Source of the DNA: a virus
Taxonomy: Duplodnaviria > Caudoviricetes
Length of the DNA stretch: 64,000 bases
IMG/VR virus record: IMGVR_UViG_3300044652_000022
Location: 11,154 to 75,153 of that record
Direction: 5' to 3' (one strand)
In this document: piece by piece, positions 24,015 to 33,325 of the stretch
Position numbering within the stretch: position 1 is the first letter of the stretch
Layout: every line of letters begins with the position of its first letter
The notes under the pieces: generated by a model
Seen by the model: only the letters and a program-made list of their open reading frames with translations
The model's database searches: none
Told to the model about the DNA's origin: nothing
Translations under genes and position numbers: made by a program

Positions 24015-25568
24015 GTGCCCAAGTCCGTCGCCCCTCCGCCTCCCAAAAAGCAAAAGTACATCCCGCGGAAACAGTTCCTCGCGCAAAAACACGCCGGCGT
24101 GATCCCTGGCAGCGTCCAGTTCATCGACTACAAGCCGCGCGGCGCCATCAAGCAAATTTTCAGCCTAAGGATCCCGGAATGGGTGCTGTCGGGACCAGCC
24201 GGGACTGGGAAGTCTCGCGGCTGTCTAGAAAAAGCGCACTGGATGCTGGAGAAGTATCCAAACGCGCGCGGGCTGATGGTGCGCAAGACGCGGAACAGCA
24301 TGAACCAGTCCTGCATCGTCACGTTCGAAAACAAAGTCCTCCCCACCCCAACCTACGTTCCCTTCCACACGACCGATCAGGAATACCGCTATCCCAACGG
24401 CTCGATATTCGCCGTAGCCGGGATCGACGACCCGAAGAAAATCTATTCGTCAGAGTGGGACTTCTGTTACGTCAACCAGGCGGAGGAACTGACCGAGGAC
24501 GATTGGGAGAACATCAAATCCCGGCTCCGCAACTGGAAGATGCCGTATCAATCGTTGTTTGCGGACTGCAACCCGGACGCGCCTTCGCACTGGATTCGGA
24601 CGCGCGCCGCCACCGGGATGCTGCAACTGCTCGAAAGCCGCCACGAGGATAACCCGGAACTGTGGGACGAGGTAAACAAGTGCTGGACGGAGCGAGGGCG
24701 GCAGTACGTTTTAGAGATCCTCGATAAACTTACCGGCGTCCGCTACAAGCGTTTGCGGCTCGGGCAGTGGGCGGCGGCGGAAGGGACGGTGTACGAGGAC
24801 GTCTGGGACCGCGCCGTCCATATTATTGATCGCTTTTATCCCAACGTTCCTTTGGACCGCGATCAAGTCCCACCCGACTGGCCGCGGTACTGGGTGATTG
24901 ATTTTGGCTATACGAATCCGTTCGTCTGGCAGGCTTGGGCGGAGGACCCCGACGGGCGCCTGATCCGCTACAAGGAAATCTACCACACAAAACGATTGGT
25001 CGAGGACCACGCCCGCCAGATCCTCGAGGTCACGAAATACGATCCGAAACCGAAACTGATCGTATGCGACCACGACGCCGAAGACCGAGCGACGTTAGAA
25101 AAGTACCTCGGGATGCCAACCAAGGCGGCGTGGAAGTCTGTGAGCCCTGGCATTCAAGCGGTGGCGGCGAGACTGCGAGTCCAGGACGACGGCAAACCGC
25201 GTTTGATGTACATGCGCGATTCGGTCATCGAACTCGACCAGGAACTCCTCCGCCAGCACCTCCCGACCTCGACCGAGGATGAATACGACGTTTACGCCTG
25301 GGATATCGCGACGGCAGGCAAACCGCGCAAGCGAGGAATCGGCGAGGAGCCAATCAAGAAATACGACCACGGGATGGACGATACGCGGTACATCGTCACG
25401 TACATCGACAAGACCTGGGAGATCAAGCCGCACCTGTTCAAGATGATTTCCGTGACCAAGTCAGGATCCGACACGCCAGACAATCTGCACTCCGGAAGCG
25501 GCTGGCGGATGGGAAACACGAACGCTCCAAGCAAGTTTGGGGGTGGGAGCGGGAGGTTTCGTGAATAA
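24015..25568 (+). CDS. terL: terminase large subunit (PBSX-like)
   Basis: Walker A SGPAGTGKS, NQAEE Walker B, DFGYTNP nuclease motif, DHGMDDTRY; exact start uncertain. Confidence 0.93.
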   Translation: MPKSVAPPPPKKQKYIPRKQFLAQKHAGVIPGSVQFIDYKPRGAIKQIFSLRIPEWVLSGPAGTGKSRGCLEKAHWMLEKYPNARGLMVRKTRNSMNQSCIVTFENKVLPTPTYVPFHTTDQEYRYPNGSIFAVAGIDDPKKIYSSEWDFCYVNQAEELTEDDWENIKSRLRNWKMPYQSLFADCNPDAPSHWIRTRAATGMLQLLESRHEDNPELWDEVNKCWTERGRQYVLEILDKLTGVRYKRLRLGQWAAAEGTVYEDVWDRAVHIIDRFYPNVPLDRDQVPPDWPRYWVIDFGYTNPFVWQAWAEDPDGRLIRYKEIYHTKRLVEDHARQILEVTKYDPKPKLIVCDHDAEDRATLEKYLGMPTKAAWKSVSPGIQAVAARLRVQDDGKPRLMYMRDSVIELDQELLRQHLPTSTEDEYDVYAWDIATAGKPRKRGIGEEPIKKYDHGMDDTRYIVTYIDKTWEIKPHLFKMISVTKSGSDTPDNLHSGSGWRMGNTNAPSKFGGGSGRFRE

Positions 25569-25591
25569 TCTCTGTTTCCGCCGCGAAAATC

Positions 25592-25629
25592 CACCCGCTG
25601 CTCCGCGTTTGCTCTGGTTCTGCTCGATT
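25592..25629 (-). repeat. dispersed motif B copy 3 (inverted)
   Basis: reverse complement matches 49482-49519 at 34 of 38 nt. Confidence 0.85.
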
Positions 25630-25768
25630 CCGACGCCGGAACTGGTGGAATACAGCCGGAACGCCGCTTCCGATCGCTTATAGACCATGCTCTTCCCAGG
25701 GAAATATCGCCACCCGAGGCACTTCGCTATTACCCAGGAGCTAGTGAAAGCAGATTATAAGGTGTGGA

Positions 25769-26038
25769 ATGACCCCAGCCGAACAGCTACCCAATCCGCC
25801 AGCCGAGACCGAGGATCTGGGAACGATCCCAGGAACGCAAGCGCCGCTGAGGCGAGTTCCGCCTCCGCCGCGCCCAGCGTGGTACGAACTCGACAGGTAC
25901 CAGCGCTACCGGGACTTGTTCCTGGCTATTGGTTTTTTGATCCTGCTGTCCGGGATAGCGATGATTTCGAAACCTGCTGCGATCATTTGCGCTGGCGTCG
26001 GGCTGATGATCCTGGCTTATCTAATGTCGGTGAAATAG
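25769..26038 (+). CDS. two-TM membrane protein (holin candidate)
   Basis: two hydrophobic helices, upstream of endolysin. Confidence 0.5.
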   Translation: MTPAEQLPNPPAETEDLGTIPGTQAPLRRVPPPPRPAWYELDRYQRYRDLFLAIGFLILLSGIAMISKPAAIICAGVGLMILAYLMSVK

Positions 26039-26049
26039 AAGAGGAAAAA

Positions 26050-26601
26050 ATGTCCACTGCATCGAAGAGTATTCTATTGGCGCTGCAATACGCCCCGTCC
26101 GTGTCCAACGCCGTGCGGCAGTTGCAGCAAACGCATTCCGATCTTCCAGGTCCCAACCGCAAGGCGGTCATCATGGACAGCATTACGGCGGCGTGTCAGA
26201 TTGGAGAAACGGTGCCTGAAGAACACGTGGCGCTGATCTCTTGCCTGATCGAAACGGCGGTCGGGCTAGTGAAGCGCTGGCAGGCGGAGGGTGCCTTGAA
26301 TAAAGCGGATTCGGGTCCGAAGGCCGACAACCTATCTGGGACTACGATTGCTCAGGCGCGCAACGTTGGCGGAGCCGGAACTGGGCCTCGTCCTGTTACG
26401 GGATTGGGCACCGTGACTACCTCTCCGCCTTTCCCGTCCACGTCCACCACGACTGTCACGCCGCCGCCGCAAGCGCCGCCGGCCCCATCATATCCCACTG
26501 CCGCGGATGCAGCGGAAGGCGGTAGAACGCGCAGCGACGGCGGAACGATTCCGGGTCCGTCATTGACGACTGCTCCCGACCGTCCAGCCGGGAATCCGTG
26601 A
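26050..26601 (+). CDS. hypothetical protein with Pro/Thr-rich tail
   Basis: GAGGA RBS, 183 aa. Confidence 0.65.
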   Translation: MSTASKSILLALQYAPSVSNAVRQLQQTHSDLPGPNRKAVIMDSITAACQIGETVPEEHVALISCLIETAVGLVKRWQAEGALNKADSGPKADNLSGTTIAQARNVGGAGTGPRPVTGLGTVTTSPPFPSTSTTTVTPPPQAPPAPSYPTAADAAEGGRTRSDGGTIPGPSLTTAPDRPAGNP

Positions 26602-26635
26602 AACGCCGAATCAGGCTGGCGAGGTCGCGAAGGCG

Positions 26636-27064
26636 ATGGCGTCGAATGAAGAAATGGTGAGCGAGCACTTCTCTATCCGAGAACTCGCTTGCCATCATTG
26701 CGGGCGGTCAGGGGTCCGGGACGAACTCGTCCGCGCCCTGGAAGCATTCAGGGCCGAGGTGTCGAAGGAACGCGGAGCCGATACGGCTGTGATTGTGGAC
26801 GACGCTTACCGGTGTCCGATTCACAACCGCGCCGTGGGTGGCGTCCAGAACTCCCAGCACCTCCTCGGGTTGGCAGCGGACGTGAAGGTGTCGGGCATGA
26901 CCGCCCGCGAGCTTTACAAAATCGCCCTCCGCGTTCCCGAGATCAAAGGCTTGGGCGTGGACGACCACCACAACTATTTGCATATCGACGTGCGAGCGAC
27001 CCACGCCGTGGTTTCGTGGTGCTACGACCTCGCCGGGAAGCAAACGAAATTCTATGAGGCTTGA
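26636..27064 (+). CDS. peptidase M15A endolysin
   Basis: F..RELAC, YRC..HN..VGG..SQH..GLAAD, LHIDVR Zn motifs. Confidence 0.9.
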   Translation: MASNEEMVSEHFSIRELACHHCGRSGVRDELVRALEAFRAEVSKERGADTAVIVDDAYRCPIHNRAVGGVQNSQHLLGLAADVKVSGMTARELYKIALRVPEIKGLGVDDHHNYLHIDVRATHAVVSWCYDLAGKQTKFYEA

Positions 27065-27112
27065 ATCTCTGGGGTGTTGTCTGCGTACTCTCCCGTTCCG
27101 CTTCTCCCAGAG

Positions 27113-27176
27113 CTGCGGCGGAGGGCCAGGTCATGACTCCGCCTGGGGTGCTCGCATCCTCTGCCGCAGTCTTTTT
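27113..27176 (+). terminator. long stem-loop with U-tract before portal
   Basis: CTGCGGCGGAGG / CCTCTGCCGCAG stem, inner CCAGG/CCTGG, TCTTTTT. Confidence 0.6.
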
Positions 27177-27190
27177 CAGGATCGTGTGAC

Positions 27191-28684
27191 ATGGCGCTAA
27201 TCGACCGCGTGTCCAAACTCATCCCCTCGGCGTCGTCGCGGATGGGCATTTTAGGCAATAGCGCCGCCGTCGCTCTTCCAGGTCGCGGTGGCGTGCCCGA
27301 CATGCCGCGTCCGCGTCCCTTCGACGAACTGGGCGTGTCCGGCTTGAATCGGATGCGCGGCATCGGGACGGTCAATGAAGAATGGCTGATTGACCTGTCC
27401 GGGAATCGGTGGAAGCAAATCTACCGCGAGATGCGCGACAACGATCCCGTTATCGGTGCGATGTTCTTCGCTCTGGAGACCATCCTCCGCAAAGCGGAAT
27501 GGTCCGTCGAACCAGCCAAGGGACCCGACGGCGACAACATCGCCCAGTTCATCCGCGACTGCATGGACGACATGTCGCATACGTGGGAGGACTTTATTGC
27601 CGAGTGCGTCTCCCAGTTCACCTTCGGATTCGCGCTATTCGAGACCGTATACAAGCGCCGCAAGGGGATGAACGGAAAGCACGCCTCCCGGTTTGGCGAC
27701 GGGCTGATTGGCTGGCGCAAATTCGCGCCTCGCGCCCAGGAGTCTATCGTGTACTGGGTTTGGGACGAGGAAGGCGGGTTGCAGGGAGCGCAGCAGCTAG
27801 CTCCGCCCGACTACAAGCTCTGCACTCTCCCAATTGAAAAACTGATGCTCTTCCGCACCACCTCGCTGAAGAACAACCCGGAGGGAAGGTCCATTCTGCG
27901 GAACTGCTATCGCCCGTGGTTCTTCAAGCGCCGCATCGAAGAGGTGGAAGGGATCGGGATCGAGCGAGACCTCTGCGGGTTGCCGGTCCTCTATGCGACC
28001 GAAGAGGCCCTTGGGCAAATGGGTGGTGAGAACGCCGCGCGGACTCTTGTGCGGAACATTCGCGTGGACGACCAAGCTGGCGTCGTTCTCCCTCAGGCCT
28101 TCGACGACAAAGGCAATCCGCTGGTCAAGCTGGAACTTTTAAAAGCTGCCGGAGCCAAACAGACGGACCCGGACAAGACCATCACGCGGTACAATCAGGA
28201 TATTTTGAACACGATGCTCGCCGGGTTCATTCAATTCGGCCAGACACCCACCGGGTCGCGGTCGTTGCACGTTTCCGCCACCGAAATCTTCTCGCTCGCG
28301 ATTACGACGTTCATGGACGGCGTGGCTGCGGTGATGAACCGCTACGCCATCCCGCGCCTGATGGCGCTGAATCAGATGGATCTGGAAAAAGCGCCGCGCC
28401 TGATCCCAGGTGAAATCGGCGTCCGCGATTTAGAAGAGCTTGCGGACTTCGTGCAAAAGCTGTCCCAGGCTGGGTTGACGTTCTGGGATCCGCCAACCGT
28501 CGATTACCTGCGCAAGATGGCGCGGTTGCCCAAGGCGCCGCCCGAGGAAGCCATGCCGCCCGCGGCGCAGAATCCCGAAGGGGAACCGCAGCCTGGACAA
28601 TTGCCTCCAGGACAAGCGCCCGCCGGGTCTGAAGGGCCTCAGGATCAGGCGGAGGCGCAGCGGCAGCTGGAGGGCGTGGCGTGA
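27191..28684 (+). CDS. portal protein (DUF935 / Mu gp29-like)
   Basis: 497 aa; Y.EM..ND..IGA, NPEGRSILR..Y.PW.FK, GIERDL motifs; position after terL. Confidence 0.88.
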   Translation: MALIDRVSKLIPSASSRMGILGNSAAVALPGRGGVPDMPRPRPFDELGVSGLNRMRGIGTVNEEWLIDLSGNRWKQIYREMRDNDPVIGAMFFALETILRKAEWSVEPAKGPDGDNIAQFIRDCMDDMSHTWEDFIAECVSQFTFGFALFETVYKRRKGMNGKHASRFGDGLIGWRKFAPRAQESIVYWVWDEEGGLQGAQQLAPPDYKLCTLPIEKLMLFRTTSLKNNPEGRSILRNCYRPWFFKRRIEEVEGIGIERDLCGLPVLYATEEALGQMGGENAARTLVRNIRVDDQAGVVLPQAFDDKGNPLVKLELLKAAGAKQTDPDKTITRYNQDILNTMLAGFIQFGQTPTGSRSLHVSATEIFSLAITTFMDGVAAVMNRYAIPRLMALNQMDLEKAPRLIPGEIGVRDLEELADFVQKLSQAGLTFWDPPTVDYLRKMARLPKAPPEEAMPPAAQNPEGEPQPGQLPPGQAPAGSEGPQDQAEAQRQLEGVA

Positions 28685-28699
28685 GAGTTTTTTACAACC

Positions 28700-29344
28700 A
28701 TGAGGACGCTGCATTTTCTAGCGGTCTCTCTGGTGCTCCTTTCTCTTGTAGACGCCTTTGGGCAACCTCAGGAAGCGGAACGGTATCAGGACGACCGCAA
28801 ACGCTCCCCGCTCATTGGTCAACCACCCCGGGTTGCGAGCCCAGAGATCGTCCAGCAAATGAAGCAGAGATTAGAAAGGAGCGAATTTGGATCGGGGCTG
28901 ACACCAGCCGAACTGAACGAGATCAAAAAATTACGGGAAGCCGATATTGCGCTACTCAATCGCATTATCGAAACCGACCGCAAGTACAAGGAACTGGTCG
29001 AGTACATCAACGGACTGAACGACACGTTAGACGCCAGGCTCCTGACCCAGGCCATAGACGATATCAAGCAACTGAAGCAGGAACAGCAGGACAGGTTGGA
29101 GACCGAGAAAACCGAGCACGAGCGCAACATGCGCATGGTCGGGTCGATCAAAACCGGAACGATCATGCTGGTAATTGGCATGGTCGTGCATTGGGTCAAA
29201 TGGATGATCTTCGACCCGAAGCGGAGGAAGGCTCTGCTCAACGCCATGCAGCGGCAAACGGAAGAGGTCAAGCACAAGGACTGCACGGAGTTCGAGCGGG
29301 AGTATCGACCTCACTACTACCCCAAAGAGGGGTCGGACGACTGA
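28700..29344 (+). CDS. secreted/membrane coiled-coil protein
   Basis: Sec-type signal, coiled coil, C-proximal TM. Confidence 0.65.
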   Translation: MRTLHFLAVSLVLLSLVDAFGQPQEAERYQDDRKRSPLIGQPPRVASPEIVQQMKQRLERSEFGSGLTPAELNEIKKLREADIALLNRIIETDRKYKELVEYINGLNDTLDARLLTQAIDDIKQLKQEQQDRLETEKTEHERNMRMVGSIKTGTIMLVIGMVVHWVKWMIFDPKRRKALLNAMQRQTEEVKHKDCTEFEREYRPHYYPKEGSDD

Positions 29345-29357
29345 ATCGGCTTTAAAA

Positions 29358-29717
29358 ATGCGCGAATGGTTCCATCGTTTTGCGGAGAAGGCGGAAAGGT
29401 ACGCTGGGTCCCCATCTGCCTTCTTCATTGCCACGGCGATGGTCTTGGTCTGGCTGGCCACGGGACCAGCCATGCGCTTCACCGACACGTGGCAGTTTCT
29501 GATCGACACGCCCACCAACATCATTACCTTCCTGATGGTCTTTGTTCTGCAAACCTCGCAGAACCGGAACCAGAAGGCGCTTCATTTGAAGCTAGACGAA
29601 CTGATCCGCGTTTCGACAGCGCGGAATGCCTTTGTCGGTCTGGAGAAGTTCAGTGAGGACCAGATTGCCGAACTCCAGCGCGAGTTTGATAGGATAGCGA
29701 AGGGAGACGAAAGATGA
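29358..29717 (+). CDS. low-affinity iron permease family protein (Fet4-like domain)
   Basis: F.RFA......GSP.AF...W...GP...F.DTWQ..I.T.T.IITFLMVF..Q..QNR..ALHLKLDELIR. Confidence 0.85.
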   Translation: MREWFHRFAEKAERYAGSPSAFFIATAMVLVWLATGPAMRFTDTWQFLIDTPTNIITFLMVFVLQTSQNRNQKALHLKLDELIRVSTARNAFVGLEKFSEDQIAELQREFDRIAKGDER

Positions 29718-30079
29718 GTTTGTTCACTTCCCTGCTCTTGGCGGATGCGGTGGAGAAAGGCGGACCTGGATCGGGACGCCATCCGGGAGGCGGATCGGAT
29801 CCTCGTTCGCTGGCGATCCATGCCCGCCGTATGACAGAGGCAGCGCAGGACGCGACGAAACGATCCCGTTCAGAAAATTCTGGGTCGGCGCATCGCGAAG
29901 CAGCGGCGGCTCATGAGCGGGCAGAGTACGCCCACCGCGCCGCATCCGACGCCTATCGAGCGGAAGGCAATCGCGAGCGTTCCGCCAACGGACATGCAGA
30001 CCAGGCGCAGCGACACCAGCGCGCCGCAGCGTTTCACAGCAGGATGGCTACCGCCGACACCGTTCGGCGCTGGGAATAG
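29714..30079 (+). CDS. His/Ala-rich leader-family protein C2
   Basis: MSLFTSLLLADAVEKGGPGSGRHPG. Confidence 0.75.
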   Translation: MSLFTSLLLADAVEKGGPGSGRHPGGGSDPRSLAIHARRMTEAAQDATKRSRSENSGSAHREAAAAHERAEYAHRAASDAYRAEGNRERSANGHADQAQRHQRAAAFHSRMATADTVRRWE

Positions 30080-30090
30080 GAGAACAGAAG

Positions 30091-30732
30091 ATGAGTTTGC
30101 TAACGTCGTTGCTGTTGACGGACTCGATTGAAAAAGGCGGACCCGGATCGGGACGCCGCCCTGGCGGTGGGCAAGCTCCTCCGTCCTCGTTATTCGAACA
30201 CGAACGCGCGGCGCGGCAGGCTTCGACGCGCGCCAACTTCACCAACAAGCCCGAACACCACGCCTACGCTGCGAAAATGCACCGCGAGGCTGCGTCGGCG
30301 TTTGGCGCCAAGGGTGACCGAGAAAAGCAACAGAGCCACGAGCGCCTGGCTGCGTTTCACGAACGCAAAGCCGCGAGCGTGGGCAAGGGTGGTCCCGGAT
30401 CCGGCCGACATGCGGAAGGCGGAAGCCAACGCTTCACAATGGCCGGCGGTCGTCATTCAGGAACAGGAATGACGCACCAGGAGTTCGGGCACTTTGCGGC
30501 GAAGGTCGGCATGGCGCTGAACGAAAACCGCGCGAAGGAGAACTCGTTGCGGGCAGCAGGCAACCACGAAGCCGCCAACCGCATTTACGATGAGAACAAG
30601 GGCCGGGTCAAAGGGATCCTGGATGAACACGGCGTAACGCCCCAAGCCTTCGATCACCACATGGGCGTTTACTCCAAAGCATCCGGGTCTCGTCCGCCCA
30701 ACGTGAAGCTGTCCCGCATGTTCATGTCCTAA
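30091..30732 (+). CDS. His/Ala-rich leader-family protein C3 (two GGPGSG units)
   Basis: MSLLTSLLLTDSIEKGGPGSGRRPG and internal SVGKGGPGSGRH. Confidence 0.75.
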   Translation: MSLLTSLLLTDSIEKGGPGSGRRPGGGQAPPSSLFEHERAARQASTRANFTNKPEHHAYAAKMHREAASAFGAKGDREKQQSHERLAAFHERKAASVGKGGPGSGRHAEGGSQRFTMAGGRHSGTGMTHQEFGHFAAKVGMALNENRAKENSLRAAGNHEAANRIYDENKGRVKGILDEHGVTPQAFDHHMGVYSKASGSRPPNVKLSRMFMS

Positions 30733-30809
30733 AAAATGATCGTCCTTCTTCTAGCGGCGAGTCTGTTGCTGCTAGCCCTACTGCTGTCGAATCGCGTCGG
30801 CAAATAAAA

Positions 30810-31139
30810 ATGATTCCGCTCGTTACGCTGTTCTGGCTGCTGGTTGGACATGCGGTTGCCGACTACCCGCTGCAAGGGGACTTCCTTGCCCGAGCCAAGA
30901 ATCACCGCCAGCCGTTGCCTGGTGTGCCGTGGCAAATCTGCCTCGTCGCCCATGCGCTGATTCACGCGGGTGCGGTGATGGCGATTACGCATAACCTGAT
31001 CCTCGCTTTATCCGAACTGTCCTGCCACATCGTTATCGACTTCTGCAAGTCGGAAGGTTGGTACGGGTTCGCCGCCGACCAAGCCTTGCACGTGGTCTGC
31101 AAAATCCTGTGGGTGGCGTTGTTGTTCCTCTTTCGTTAG
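30810..31139 (+). CDS. DUF3307-like membrane protein
   Basis: GHAVADYPLQ, AHALIH, H..ID..K, DQALH. Confidence 0.8.
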   Translation: MIPLVTLFWLLVGHAVADYPLQGDFLARAKNHRQPLPGVPWQICLVAHALIHAGAVMAITHNLILALSELSCHIVIDFCKSEGWYGFAADQALHVVCKILWVALLFLFR

Positions 31140-32108
31140 ATGCCCGTTACCTTCGTCAGGAAGTCGGTGTCCAACCCGATCAACGATGCTGCGGCGAACA
31201 TGGAGCCCAAGCTGAGAAAGGCTTTCTTAGACGCCGTAGCCGCGATGAAAAAGAAAGTCAGCCTCGACAAGCTGGCGAAGGCGGTGGAGCGAGGCAATGT
31301 AAATGAAGCCTTGTCCATTCTGGCGTTAGACAAAGACTTCGCCGACGCCCTGCGCGGCAAAGGACTCCAGGCCCACCTCGATTCGTTCCGCGACGCCATC
31401 AATCAAACGGTCGCGGCTGGAGCCAAGGCGGCTGTGAAAATGCTGCCAACCAGAATCAGCACCGACCTGTCCTTCAACCTCATGTCTCCCGACGCCGTGG
31501 CCTTCGTAGACTCGTATTCGTTTGGACTCATTCACCAGGTCACGCAGGACACCATCGAAGCCATCCGAGATGTCCTGCATCGCGGATTCAGCGAGGGCGG
31601 ACATCCGCTGGAGATGGCGCGCGAGATTCGCGACTTCATTGGGTTGACGACCAACCAGGAACGGGCGGTGGCCAACTACAAACGCGCCTTGTCCGATCCG
31701 TCGAAAATGCGGACGGCTCTGGATCGGGCTCTGCGCGATGGACGCCACGACGCCACCGTCCTCCGCGCCGTCCGCAACAACGCGCCGCTAGACCAGGCGA
31801 TGGTAGACAAAATGGTGGCTCGATACAAGGAACGTTACGTCCAGTACCGAGCCCAAATGATCGCTCGCACCGAATCCATCCGAGCCAGCAATGTCGGTCA
31901 AAAAGAAGTCTGGCGGCAAGCCCAGCGCCAGGGCTTGCTAGATGGAGCGGTGCGGGTATGGATTTCGTCGGGCGACGACCGCGAGTGCGACATTTGCGGA
32001 GACCTCGACGGCGAAACGGCAGGCATGGATGAGGAATTTGCTCCCGGTATCCTGCATCCGCCAACTCATCCGTCCTGCCGCTGTACAACGGCCTTGCAAT
32101 TCAGCTAA
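31140..32108 (+). CDS. head morphogenesis protein (MuF / SPP1 gp7-like)
   Basis: RAQMIARTES, W.S..DDR.C..C..LDG, HP.CRC. Confidence 0.88.
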   Translation: MPVTFVRKSVSNPINDAAANMEPKLRKAFLDAVAAMKKKVSLDKLAKAVERGNVNEALSILALDKDFADALRGKGLQAHLDSFRDAINQTVAAGAKAAVKMLPTRISTDLSFNLMSPDAVAFVDSYSFGLIHQVTQDTIEAIRDVLHRGFSEGGHPLEMAREIRDFIGLTTNQERAVANYKRALSDPSKMRTALDRALRDGRHDATVLRAVRNNAPLDQAMVDKMVARYKERYVQYRAQMIARTESIRASNVGQKEVWRQAQRQGLLDGAVRVWISSGDDRECDICGDLDGETAGMDEEFAPGILHPPTHPSCRCTTALQFS

Positions 32109-32126
32109 CCGAAAGGAGAAATCAAA

Positions 32127-32702
32127 ATGGGAACTACAACGGCACCGCCTCCGGCTCCTCCGCCGACCGATAACCCGGCCCCGTCCGGAATTCGCGGTCC
32201 CGCTCGCCCCGACTTGCTCGCCAACGAGGAGTCGCGGAAGAACGCGGAAACCGACCGAATGCAGCTTGGATTCAACGCCCGCTGCCGCTACCGCATTCCC
32301 GGCAACCCGGATGACGTGAACGTGAGCATGGTTCGCGTCACCGTTTCCGATCCAGCCGCCGTCAGTATTCAGCCCGATCCGCAGCCCGAGGAAGGCACGC
32401 TGGCTTCCGGGACTCTCGTTGCGGTGGGCGGTCACGAATCGCACGGGGTGGCTCTGACCGCTCGCATTCCTTATCGCGATGGCGTCATCCGCACCGCGGA
32501 TACGATCTTCGACGTGGTGGACCATGTTCAGAACGACCTCAAAATCGAACTGAGCGACGTGGAGGAAGGAACCGGGTTCAGCACGCAGACCCAAATGCTG
32601 CATCCGACACCCGAACTCCAAGCCATTCAAGACACCACGGCCAGTTCCAAACCGGTCGCAGCCACCAACCCCATGCCTCCGGGACCGGGCAACGCGATCT
32701 AA
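32127..32702 (+). CDS. Pro-rich hypothetical (virion-associated?) protein
   Basis: AAGGAG RBS, 191 aa. Confidence 0.7.
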   Translation: MGTTTAPPPAPPPTDNPAPSGIRGPARPDLLANEESRKNAETDRMQLGFNARCRYRIPGNPDDVNVSMVRVTVSDPAAVSIQPDPQPEEGTLASGTLVAVGGHESHGVALTARIPYRDGVIRTADTIFDVVDHVQNDLKIELSDVEEGTGFSTQTQMLHPTPELQAIQDTTASSKPVAATNPMPPGPGNAI

Positions 32703-32734
32703 AACAGCCCGCTGTCGCGTCACACTTCAGGGGA

Positions 32735-32826
32735 GCGCTAGCTTGGCGTATAAAGCCTTTTCGCACGTTCGCCGGTGGTAAGCATGGAAACCTCGCTCAG
32801 GATCGCTTATACGCCGAGCTTTGCGC
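32735..32826 (+). ncRNA. candidate long-stem RNA
   Basis: 14-bp stem AGCTTGGCGTATAA / TTATACGCCGAGCT extendable on both sides. Confidence 0.45.
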
Positions 32827-32865
32827 AGCAGCACCGCAGTTTTTCCGCAGGAAAGGAGTAGATCC

Positions 32866-33039
32866 ATGGGTCTCTTTGCTTTTGTCCTCATGCTGGTGGC
32901 GTTTTTCTGTTTCCTCGCCGCCGCATTCGCGATTCCGTCGCGCATCAACCTCACCGCCCTAGGCCTGGCGCTTTGGGTTCTGGCGGTGGCGCTTCTCGGC
33001 TTCCAGTCAGGCTGGGTGACGACGCACGTACGGCCGTGA
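32866..33039 (+). CDS. small two-TM membrane protein
   Basis: AAGGAG RBS, 57 aa hydrophobic. Confidence 0.65.
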   Translation: MGLFAFVLMLVAFFCFLAAAFAIPSRINLTALGLALWVLAVALLGFQSGWVTTHVRP

Positions 33040-33125
33040 CCGACTGGGAGATCATTTTGCTGATCCTAGCCTTCATCGCCGCCATTGTCGTTTTTTCGCT
33101 CCTTCCGCTCCGTCGAAAAAAGTGA
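33036..33125 (+). CDS. small membrane peptide
   Basis: 29 aa, TM plus RRKK; GTGA overlaps at both ends. Confidence 0.45.
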   Translation: MTDWEIILLILAFIAAIVVFSLLPLRRKK

Positions 33126-33325
33126 CCACGCTTTGCACCTGGGTTGGCTGCTCGAAGCTCGCCGCCCATCCTCAGGTTCGAGAAGGTGGACAAGTGTGGG
33201 CGCGGCTCTGCGACGAACATCACCAGGAACTGGAAGAGGCAGTTCAGAAGGGTAGTCCCGGACGCCTTTTATCGTGCTGGGTCAAGGCTAACGGCGGCGC
33301 AAAAAAGCTGTCGGAGAAAATGTGA
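33122..33325 (+). CDS. hypothetical protein with C-x3-C...C..H motif
   Basis: 67 aa. Confidence 0.55.
   Translation: MTTLCTWVGCSKLAAHPQVREGGQVWARLCDEHHQELEEAVQKGSPGRLLSCWVKANGGAKKLSEKM

Noticed and set aside
25687-26049. N-terminal extension of the 26050 gene predicted by the ORF track
   Set aside because: Overlaps the better-supported two-TM gene at 25769-26038; a strong RBS precedes ATG 26050
28700-29344. Unimolecular spanin
   Set aside because: Has a signal peptide and C-terminal TM but no lipobox cysteine
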